Positions 1-10,546 of a stretch of DNA of 64,000 nucleotides are shown in pieces; the first letter of the stretch is position 1; each line of letters begins with the position of its first letter. The position numbers were made by a program, and so were the translations under genes. The DNA is taken from NCBI RefSeq assembly GCF_028641065.1, contig NC_073387.1, forward strand, positions 23,374,001 to 23,438,000. The letters are read 5' to 3'. The notes below the pieces were generated by a model. That model saw only the letters and a list, made by a program, of their open reading frames with translations, did not search any database and was not told the DNA's origin. The stretch is from Leucoraja erinacea. Its lineage: Eukaryota.

Positions 1-1532
1 AATGCAAACCGCTTCACAAACCTCTCTTGGACATCCTGGGGATGTGAAACTTGGTTTGAGTTTCCTGTTCCTCTTTCAGCAGTCAGACCTGCTGATTTGG
101 CACGGCGCTAAAATCCCATGATTGTCCACCTTCCAGCTTTGTGTGTCCATGTGTCTTTGCTTTTTCAATCCATAGCTGCCTGAACTCAGATATGTTTGGA
201 AACAGGCCCTTTGGCTCACCGACTCCACGCCGACCATCGATCACCCGTTCACACAAGTTCTATGTTATTCTACTTTCTCATCCGCTCCCTACACACCAGG
301 GGCAATTTACAGAGGGCCAATACAATATAAAACAGTACAGCACAGGAACTGTCCTCTCGGCCCACAATGTCTGTGGTGAACATTATGCCAAGATATACTG
401 ATCTCCTCTGCCTGCACTCGATCCATATCCCTCCATTCTCTACGCGCCTATCTAAAAGCCTCTTAAACGCCATGGTCATATCAAACACCACCACCCTCAG
501 TGTGAAAAACTTGTCCTGCACATCTCCTTTAAACTTTGCCCCTTTCACCTTAAAGCTAGTGTTGGACATTTCCACCCTGGGGAAAAGGTTGACTGTCTAC
601 CCTATCTAGCCATTCCAGTGAAAAGGCTTTGCTACCCAAGATCGTACATGGGTACAATCATGCCACACACAAGTACCGACAGGTAGTTTAGTTTACATTT
701 ACGGCGTGGAAACAGGTCTTTCGGTCCACCAAATGCACCGATCATAGATCACCCATTCGCACTGGTTGATTAATTGATCGATTGAAAGATACAGCACGGA
801 AACTGGCCCATCGGCCCACCAAGTCCACCTGTTCACACTAGGAAATTGTAGCACCCGAATGAATCCCACATGGTCACAGGGAGAACATGCAAACTCCACA
901 CACACACACACACACACACACACAATGTCTTTATTTGGAGAATTCAAAGGCCTCACAGCACCAGAGACCCAGGTTCGATCCTGCCCTTGGGTGCTGTCTG
1001 TGTGGAGTGTGCACGTTCTCCCTATGATCGCGTGGGTTTCCTATGGGTGCTCCGGCTTCCTCCCATATATCCCAAAGACGTGTGGAGGAAAAGGAGGAGT
1101 TCTCATTTAGAACGGAGATGAGGAAACACTTTTTCTCACAGAGAGTGGCGAGTGTGGAATTCTCTGCTTCAGAGGGCGGTGGAGGCAGGTTCTCTAGATG
1201 CTTTTAAGAGAGAGATATATAGGGATCTTAAAATAGCAGTCAGGGGATATGGGGAGAAGGCAGGAACGGGGTACTGATTGGGGATGATCAGCCATGATCA
1301 CATTGAATTGCGGTGCTGGCTCGAAGGGCCGAATGGCCTACTCCTGCACCTATTGTCTATTGTATGGGTTTATAGGTTAATTGGCCCTCTGTAAATTTCC
1401 CCGAAAGTGGGATAACATTGAACTAGTGTGAATGGGTGGTTGATGGTTGGCGTGCACTCATGTTGCATCTCTAAGCTAAATTAAACTAAACTGTGTCCAT
1501 GCTGCATCCTTAAACTAATTTAAACTGTTTCC

Positions 1533-2170
1533 TTGCAGGCAGTGAAGAAAGGTCATGGCATGTTGGCCTTCAAAACAAGAGGATTTGAGTATAGGAGCAA
1601 AGAGGTGCATCTGCAGTTGTACAGGGCCTTGGTGAGACCACACCTTGAGTATTGTGTGCAGTTTTGGTCTCCAAATTTGAGGAAGGACATTCTTGCTATT
1701 GAGGGAGTGCAGCGTAGGTTCACAAGGTTAATTCCCGGGATGGGGGGACTGTCATATGTTGAAAGAATGGAGCGACTGGGCTTGTATACACTGGAATTTA
1801 GAAGCAGGGATCTTATTGAAACATATAAGATTATTAAGTGATTGGACATGCTAGAGGCAGGAAAAATGTTCCCGATGTTGGGGGAGTCCAGAACCAGGGG
1901 CCACAGTTTAAGAATATGGGGTAGGCCACTTAGAACGGAGATGAGGAAAAGCTTTTTCACCCATAGAGTTGTGAATCTGTGAAATTCTCTGCCGATTCTT
2001 TGGATTTTTTCAAGAGTGAGTTAGATAGAGCTCTGGGAGATAGCGGTCAGGGGATATGGTGAGAAGGCAGGAATGGGGTACTGATTGGGGATGATCAGCC
2101 ATGATCACAGTGAATGGCGGTGCTGGCTCTAAGGGCCGAATGGCCTACTCCTGCACCTATTGTCTATTGC
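1533..2170 (+). mobile_element. CR1 LINE 3' fragment
   Basis: ORF LYRALVRPHLEYCVQFWSP...LEFR; CR1 3' UTR ending in cctattgtctattg. Confidence 0.9.
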
Positions 2171-2423
2171 TGTATGTCTAAACTAATTTAAGCTAAACTA
2201 AACTGCCTCCATGCTGCATCTCTAAACTAAACTAGTCAAAGGCCAGGTAATTGTATGATAGAATAGGGCTGAAGGGTAGAATGGCCTCGTAAGTACTCTT
2301 CCTATAAACGCAAGTAGTTTCTCGGTAGCTGTGGCAAGTCTGAAGGGGAACTGAGCCGTGGCCGGCAGAGCTGTGTCTGGGTTTGGTCCAGCGACACCAA
2401 AGGCATTCAGACGGAGAGAGACA

Positions 2424-2455
2424 ATTGGCTGACTGTTGATTCACCAGTTGCCGGG
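2424..2455 (-). promoter_or_regulatory. Diverged duplicate X1-X2-Y module about 8 kb upstream of the CD74 ATG
   Basis: Minus strand reads CCCGGCAACTGGTGAATCAacagtcagCCAAT; paralogous to 13211-13242. Confidence 0.5.
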
Positions 2456-2905
2456 GAGAAGTCGGAGATGAAGGCGAGTTTTTGAGGTCGTAATTAAAGA
2501 GCGAGCAGCTGCAATGTGTAAAGGCAGAGAATTAACTCTTGAGCTTGCAGCTGATCTCGTAGACACAGGGAACTGCAGAATCTTTGCAGAACATGGATAG
2601 GTGATGTTTCGGATCGGGACCCTTCTTCAGACTGATGGGGATGGGGGGAAGAAAGCAGGGAGAGGTGGGGGTGGGACAAAGCCTGGTAAGTGACAGGTGG
2701 ATACAGGTAAGGGGGTTTGATTGGCAAATGGGTGGGCAGAGATAGGAAGAAGACATCTTCCTTGGGTCTGAAGAAGGGTCCCGACCCGAAACGTTGCCTG
2801 GCCATGTTCTCCACAGATGGTGCCTCTGACCCGCCGAGTTCCTCCAGCACTTTGTGTCTTCATTTTGTAAACCAGCATTGGCAGTTCCTTGTGTCTCCAA
2901 CATTG

Positions 2906-5900
2906 GAAACATAGAAAATAGGTGCAGGAGTAGGCCATTCGGCCCTTCAAGTCAGCACCGCCATTCAATATGATCATGGCTGATCATCCAAAATCAGTAC
3001 ACCGTTCCTGCTCTTTCCCCATATCCCTTGATTCCCCCAGTCCCAAGAGCTAAATCTAACTCTTCCTTGAAAACTACAAGTTTCTTGTAAGATCCCCTCT
3101 CATCCATCTACATTCCAGCGAGTGCAAGCCCAATCGACCCATTCTTTCATCATACGTCTTTTCCGCCATCCTGGAAAATAACCTGATGAACCTATGCTGC
3201 ACTCCCTCAATAGCAATATTTTCCTTCCTCAAATTAGGAGACCAAAATTGCACACAATTTTCTCACCAGGGCCCTGTCCAACTGCAGTAGGACCTCCTTG
3301 CTCCTAAACTCAAATCGTCTCGCAATGAAGGCCATTGGCTTTCTTCACTGCCTGCTATACCTGCCTGCTTACTTTCAGTGACTGATGTACAAGCACACCC
3401 AGGTCTCGTTGCATCTCCCCTTCTCCTAATCTGACACCATTTAGATAATAATCTGCAGAACATGGATAGGTGATGTTTCGGATCCTTCTTGTCCTTGCCC
3501 CCAAAGTGGATAACCTCCCATCTACCCACATTATCCAGCATCTGCCATGCTTCTGCCCACTCACCCAACCTATAATCCAAGTCACCCTGCAACCCTGTTT
3601 AGTGCTTTAGTGTGTTTTGTGCGTTGGCTGCTGCCGCTGCTGCTGTGCAGTAATTTTTACACAGCATGTGTAGAGTCGCGTATAGGAGGGATGAACTCCT
3701 TATGTGGCGACGGACAGCTTACGGAATAAAACACCATATTCCGTCTGAACTGAAGAAGCCGTTCCGTGGTTGCCGTGCAGGTGCCAGGCTCAGGGCCAGG
3801 CTAAGGGCCTGGAGGTGGAGATACAAGCCGTTTCTGCCATCGATCCTTATGGGGAACGTCAACTCATTCCCTAACAAGTGTGAGGAGTTGGAGGTCCTTA
3901 TGAAGAACCAACGGGTCTACCGTGAATGCAGTCTCATGTATTTTACCGAGACATGGCTGATGGACATCATCCCGGATTCCTGTGTGGATCTCCTCGACTT
4001 CACTTCGGTACGAGCAGATCGAGACCCGAAGGCAAGTGGGAAGATCAAAGGTGGGGGACTTGCTCTGCTTGTGAACAATAGATGGTGTAATCCAGGTCAC
4101 ATAACTGTGAAAGATAAGATCTGTTGTCGGGATATTGAGCTCCTGGCGGTTGGACTGACACCTTATTATGTACCGAGGGAGTTCTCCCACATCGTCGCCA
4201 TTATTGTTTCCATTCCTCCTCGAGCAGAGCCTGTAGTCGCATGTGACGTCATCCAAGAGACTGTCGCGAGATTACAGACCCGACACCCGGACGTACTCAT
4301 TGCCTTATCAGGGGACTTCAATCATGTGAACATCAGCCCCCACTTGTCAGGCTTCTCACAGTATGTTGACTGTCCCACAAGGCACAATAAGACACTGGAC
4401 TTGTGCTATGTCAATGTCAAGGAGGCCTATAGTGTCTTAGCCTTTCCACCGCTTGGCAAATCAGATCACAACCTGGTTTATCCAAGGCCTTCTTACAAAC
4501 CCTGTGTACTGAGACAGCCTACAACCACCTGGTCTTTCAGAAAGTGGACACCAGAGGCCAGTGAATCACTGAGGGACTGCTTTCAATGCACAGACTGGGA
4601 CATACTGATGTAGTCACAGGAATTAAACAGCTGTATGGACATCAACAGGATGGCTGAATGCATAAAGGACTACATCAACTTCTGTATGGATGCTGTTGTG
4701 CCAGTAAGAACTGTTTGTTGCTTTCCCAATAACAAACCTTGGATCACAAGCAACATCAAGAGCCTCCTAAACGAGAAAAAGGAGGTTGGTGATCGGGAAA
4801 ACATCAAGAGGTTACAGCACCACTTGAAAAGGAGTATGAAGCAGGCAAAAGGGGACTATAAAAAGGAAGCTGGAGAAGAAACTGCAGTACAACAACATCA
4901 AAGAGGTGTGGAGAGGAATGAAGACCATCACTGGCTTCAAGGAGAAGAGAAGCCAGCCGTCAGGAGACATGGACAAGGCCAATGAGTTTAACCTGTTCTA
5001 TAACAGGTTTGATCTGGTATCCCCTCCCACCTCTACAGGTGCAGCCTCTCCCCCACCATCACCTCCACGAGGCAGCCCCCCCCAACACCACAGCTGCAGC
5101 ACCTCCTATGCGGGCATCTCCTCAACTGTTCTTCACGGGGGACAAGGTGAGAGCTGAGCTGAGGAGGCTGCGTGTGCCCTGGTAAAGCAGCTGGCCCTGA
5201 TGGTGTATGTCCCAGGCTACTAAAAGACTGTGCGGCTCAGCTGGGGGAGCCGCTCCAGACCATTTTCAACCTGAGCCTCCAGTCAGGGAGGGTACGAGGT
5301 TTGTGGAAAACATCATGTCTCGTTCCTGTTCCCAGAGCAGGGCGGCCGACCGAGATCAATGACTACAGACCGGTGGCCCTTACATCCCACATCATGAAGA
5401 CAATGGAGCGGCTACTCATTCGACTCCTGAGACCACAAGTCCAGCATGCACTAGACCCACTACAGTTTGCATACCAGGAGAACATTGGTGTGGAAGATGC
5501 AGTCCTCTACAGGCTGCACCGGATCTACTCCTTTTTGGACGAACCAGGTGGCTATGTGAGGATTATGTTCTTCAACTTCTCAAGTGCGTTCAACACCATC
5601 CAACCCCTGATTCTGAATGACAAGCTTAAGAAGATGGGGGTGGATTCCACATTTATCTCCCGGATATACAACTACCTGATGAGTCGACCACAGTTTGTCA
5701 AGCTGGGGGACTGTGTCTCTGGCACAGTGGTGTGCAATGTTGGAGCCCCACAGGGAACGGTTCTGGCCCCGTTCCCCTTCACCCTGTATACAGCAGACTT
5801 TAACTATAAGTCTGACACATGCCACTAAGACTAAAGTCCTCAGCTCAGCTCTCACCTCGTCCGCCGTAAAGTCTTAGTTGTGTTCAGGATGAGACAGTTC

Positions 5901-8033
5901 TCTTCACTCCAGGCACAAAAGGAACTGGTCAAGTTCCTGTATTCCTCCTCCTGCCCGTTCCTTACAAATGCCACTATCGCTGTATCATCTGAATATTTCT
6001 GGTTAACTTTGGCAGGTCCAAGCTCCCCCTTCAGCCGGTCAACACTGCTGGGGCTGACATTGAGGTGGTGCAGACATATAAATACCTTGGAGTGCACCTT
6101 GATAACAAACTGGACTGGTCTGTCAACTCTGACTCCCTCTACAAAAAAGGCCAGAGCAGACTCTTTTTCCTCAGAAGGCTCAAATCCTTCAATGTGTGTA
6201 GTGATATGCTGCACATGTTTTACAACACTGTGGTCGCAAGTGTTATTTTCTACGCTGTTGTCTGCTGGGGCAACAGCATTAGTGAAAAAAACAACAAGAA
6301 GCTGGTCAAATTGGTTAAACGAGCTAGCTCAGTGCTGGAGGGGAGAGTAGACTCTGGGATGGATGTGCTTGAGAGGCGTATGAGGCACAAGGTGCAGGTC
6401 ATCCTGAAAAACCCCGGGCATCCCCTCCATGTAATTCTGGAGAGTCAAAAGAGCACTCGGAACAACAACCGGCTCCTCTCCCTGCCCTGTAGAACGGAGC
6501 GGTTCAGGAGATCCTTCACCCCTGCAGCCATTAGATTTTATAATTCGGACCGCTAGGCTGTAGGGGGATGCATTTTTGCAATTTTTAATTTTTAATTGTT
6601 AATTATTGGTCTTTTTAAGTATTTATTGCTCTCAGGTAGTGTCCACAGTGTATTCTATGTATTTTCTGTCTGCGTTCGTTTTGAATCTGTGGGTTTGTTG
6701 GTTGGGGGCTTCTAGACATCTGAATTTCCCTGAGGGGATCAATAAAGTATTAAAAAAAAAAAAACCTCCTAGCATCCTCCTCGCATCTCACACTGCCACC
6801 CAGCTTTGTGTCATCCGCAAATTTAGAGATGTTACATTTAATTCCCTCGTCTAAATCGTTAATATACAATGTAAACAACTGGAGTCCCAGCACCGAGCCT
6901 TGCGGCACCCCCCTAGTCACTGCCTGCCATTCTGAAAAGGACCCATTAATTCCTACTCTTTGCTTCCTGTCTGCCAACCAGTTCTCTATCCATGTCAATA
7001 CCCTACCCCCAATACCATGTGCTCTAATTTTGCACACTAAGCTCTTGTGTGGGACCTTGCCAAACGGTTTTTGAAGGTCCATATACACCACATCCACTGG
7101 CTCTCCCTTATCCATTCTATTGGTTACATCCTCAAAAAATAGCAAAAGATTATTCAAGCAGGATATCCCCTTCATAAATCCATGCTGACTTTGACCGATC
7201 CCATCATTACTTCACAAATGCGCTGTTATAACATCTTTAATAATCGACTCCAGCATCTTCCCCACTACCGACGTAAGGCTAACTGGTCCATAATTCCCAG
7301 TTTTCTCTCTCCGTCCTTTCTTAAAAATGATCACCAATGCATCCACGATTTCTTGGGCCACCTCCTTGAGTACTCTGGGATGCAGACCATCTGGCTCTGG
7401 GGATTTATCTGCCTTCAGTCCCAACAGATTACCTAACACCATTTTGACTAATGTGGATTCCCTTCAGTTCCTCCCTCTCACTAGACCTTCAGTCCCCTAG
7501 TATTTCCAGGAGATTCTTTGTATCTTCCTTAATGAATACAGAACCAAAGTACTCGTTTAACTGTTCTGCCATTTCCATGTTTCCCATTATAAATTCACCC
7601 GTCTCTGTCTGTAAGGGATCTCCATTCGTCTTCACTAATCTTTTCCTTTTTTACATACATCTAGTGACTTTTAGTCAGTTTTTATATTCCCTGCAAGCTT
7701 TCTTTCATGCACCCCCCCCCCTCTTAATTAACCCCTTTGTCCTCCTCTGTAGAGTTCTAAATTTCTCCCAGTCCTCTGGTTTGCCGCTTCTTCTGTATTA
7801 TACATTTATATGCCTTTTCCGTGGCTTTAACACTATCCTTGACTTCCCTCGTCAGCCATGGTTGAGCCCAGTTTTGTTTTTTCGCCAGACAAGGATGTCC
7901 AATTTCTAGAGTTCGTCCATGCGGTCTTTAAATCTTCGCCATTGCATCTCCACCGTCAACCCTTTAAGTATAATTTGCCTGTCTATCCTAGCCAATTCCC
8001 ATCACGTACCTTCAAAGTCTCATTTATTCAAGT
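2906..8033 (-). mobile_element. Degenerate CR1 LINE (ORF2), split by a Rex1/Babar insertion at about 3596-6763
   Basis: RT fragments on the minus strand ([35 protein letters not shown]); gaaacatagaaa tail at 2906; the sequence resumes in register after 6763. Confidence 0.9.
3596..6763 (+). mobile_element. Near full-length Rex1/Babar-type non-LTR retrotransposon (APE + RT), disrupted
   Basis: APE motifs (GNVNS, FTETW, GDFNH, TLDLCY, SDH) in 3666-4613; RT motifs (KAAGPDG, LDPLQFAY, SSAFNTI, GAPQG) in 5172-5828; C-terminus 6065-6556; AATAAA + poly(A) at 6741-6763; stops, frameshifts and an internal inversion. Confidence 0.92.
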
Positions 8034-8813
8034 TTACACAAAAGGCTGTGAGATAAAGGAGTGAAGGAGAGAAGAAATACAAAATGTGAAGCCAGAGGAG
8101 GGAATATAGGTGGAAGGGGACCAGGAGGAGGGGAAGGGTTGTTGAAAGTTAGTTGCCTAAAATTCAAGAGAGAGTTAGATTTAGCTCTTAGGGCTAAAGG
8201 AACCAAGGGATATGGGGGAAAAGCAGAAACGAGGTACTGATTTTAGATGATCAGCCATGATCATATTGAATGGCGGTGCTGGCTCGAAGGGCTGAATGGC
8301 CTACTCCTGCACCTGTTTTTCTATGTTTCTAATTGGACATTTCACTGTTCATATCAAAAGACACAAAATGCTGGAGAAACTCAACGGGTCAGGCAGCATC
8401 TCTGGAGAAAAAGGATGGTGACATTCCAGGTCGGGACCCTTCTTCAGACTGAGAGTAGGGGGTGGGGGATTGAAGAGCTGGAGGTGAGAAAAGAGCAGGA
8501 CTAATCAGGACCGACCTCAGGCAGGATGGTGCCCTGGTTGGCCCAGTGTTGGCTAGGGAAGGTGTGATCAAAGATCATAGATATTTGGATGCAATCTCAA
8601 GAGGGAAACAATATGGAGAACTGTGGAACCGGTAATACGACCAAGATGGAGGAAGGGGGGGGGGGGAGGAGATTGTAAAAAATTAGTTAAAATTAGAGAA
8701 TTCAAAATTCATACCGCTGGGTTGTAAGCTACCCAAGTGGAATGTGAGGTGCGGTTCCTCTAATTTGCGTGTGGTGGTTGGATTGTTGAGTTAGTGCGGC
8801 CATGCAGAAGATT

Positions 8814-8851
8814 CTGATTGGCGAGCAGTGGTTGAGTCATCAGTTGCCAGG
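8814..8851 (-). promoter_or_regulatory. MHC-II-type X1-X2-Y module (RFX / CREB-AP1 / NF-Y), copy upstream of CD74
   Basis: Minus strand reads CCTGGCAACTGATG-ACTCA...CCAATCAG. X1 is 12/14 identical to HLA-DRA X1 CCTAGCAACAGATG; Y core CTGATTGG is on the + strand. Confidence 0.8.
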
Positions 8852-8948
8852 TGAAGTCCGCTCTTTAAGAATGAGTTTTGTGTCGATGACTCACAAGTTG
8901 CAATAGCTGTTTGTCTGCTTTAGTCTTTCCTTTGAGTTTGCATGTAGG

Positions 8949-9376
8949 CAGTGCTGGATTTACGTATAAGCTAAACAAGCTATAGCTTAGGGCCCCCACT
9001 TTCGAGGGGGCCCCCCGAAAAAATTGATGGGCCTCGAGGTCTAGGGGGGCCTCCAGCCAAGGCAGAACACCTACCGTTCAACTCTGGGCGGCCCCCCCTC
9101 TCTATCTCTCTCTCACCATCTCCCCCAGCTATCCGTGTCCAGGCCGCCGGGCTCCGCTCGCTCCTCATCCGCCAGCACGGCAGGCCGCCTTGCACATGCG
9201 CATAACCACGGCCAGCACATCATCGGCTGCCCTGCGCAGGTACACTGCAACGGCAACTGGTCGGTGCTGGGCACTTTCTCCCTCGCTTTGAATTGTGGGA
9301 GATTTGGCCGCCATGGCTGTTGGGGGCCTCACAAGTGGAACAGCTTAGGGCCTCTCTTCATCTAAATCCGCCACTG
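8949..9376. mobile_element. Non-autonomous hAT-like element
   Basis: Imperfect TIRs CAGTGCTGGATTT / AAATCCGCCACTG; 8-bp TSD catgtagg / gatgtagg. Confidence 0.75.
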
Positions 9377-10254
9377 GATGTAGGGTTAGGATTATTCTAT
9401 GCACAGGTACTATTGCTTTGTTTTGCACCCTTGGGGAAAAGGTTCTGACTGTCTACCCTGTCTATGCCTCTCTAGATTTTATATACGGCTATCTCGTCTT
9501 CCCTCAGCCTTCGAATTTCCAGACAGAGAAAACTATCCAAGACTGTCCAACCTCTCCTGAAGCTAATACGCCCCAATCCATGCAGCATCCTGGTGAAATT
9601 GCTGTAAATCTACCAGCCCCCCTAAATCCCTATAATCAGTCTGAACCCAATTAACCTACAAACCCGTACGTTTGTGAAATTTTGGGAGGAAACCGGGGCA
9701 TCCAGAGAAACCCACGTGGTCACAGGGTGAACGTGCAAACTCCACACACTCAGCACCCGTGGTCAGGACCAAACCCGGGTCTCTGGCACTGTGAGGCAGT
9801 GGCTCTACCCTTTGCGCCACTATTCCTCCAGCAGTTTGTGTTGTTTATTTTTGTATCTGCAGTTCCTAGTTTCTCTAGATGTGTACAAGACCTGTGTCTG
9901 TACCGTAGTTTAGTTTAGTTTGGCTTAGTTTAGTTGAGTTTATTGCCACGTTTACTGAGGTACAGCAAAAAGCTTTTTTTTTGTTGAGTGCTATCCAGTC
10001 GGCGGAAAAACTATACATGATTACACTCGAGCCGTCAACAATGTACAGATACAGGATACAGGGAATAATGTTTAGTTCTCGACCTGAAATATCACCTATT
10101 CCTTTTCCCCTGAGACGCTGCCTGACCGACCCTTGATGGTCCAAGGGTCTCCAATGGGGTAGAAGGGAGGTCAGGACTGCCCTCCAGTTGGTGAGAGGGT
10201 GGTTCAGTTGCCTGATAACACAATTAGACAAACACATTGCTGGTGCTTATATTC

Positions 10255-10325
10255 GAGGGCGGGTTTATATATGGTGAAGTACGGCAGGGACTTTCCAAGC
10301 TGCAGGAGAGCCAACTTCCTCGTTT
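10255..10325 (+). promoter_or_regulatory. CD74 proximal promoter: GC box, TATA-like, NF-kB, PU.1/Ets
   Basis: GGGCGGG 10257-10263; TATATA 10266-10271; GGGACTTTCC 10287-10296; ACTTCCTC (GAGGAAGT on minus) 10314-10321. All lie within 180 bp of the ATG. Confidence 0.7.
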
Positions 10326-10433
10326 TGGCTTTGTTGAGATTAAAACGTAGTGCCTGCCTTGCCCTGCACGCAGTCTGCACACACATCTCTCTAAGAGCTC
10401 TCCCTTCAGTCGACAGTGAAGTCCACCGTAACC

Positions 10434-10546
10434 ATGTCAGCGAACGAGCAGCAGAACTCTTTGCTGCGAGACTCTCAACAGGATATAGCCAGCAACTCGG
10501 ATGTGGAGGTGAGAGGGGCTACCCCTGCTGCAGTGCCAGTCCACAG
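10434..10546 (+). CDS. CD74: CD74 exon 1 coding part: cytoplasmic tail MSANEQQNSLLRDSQQDIASNSDVEVRGATPAAVPVH(R)
   Basis: accATG Kozak context; in-frame TAA upstream at 10392; acidic-dileucine-like EQQNSLL; donor CAG|GTAAGG; phase 2 matches exon 2. Confidence 0.88.
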
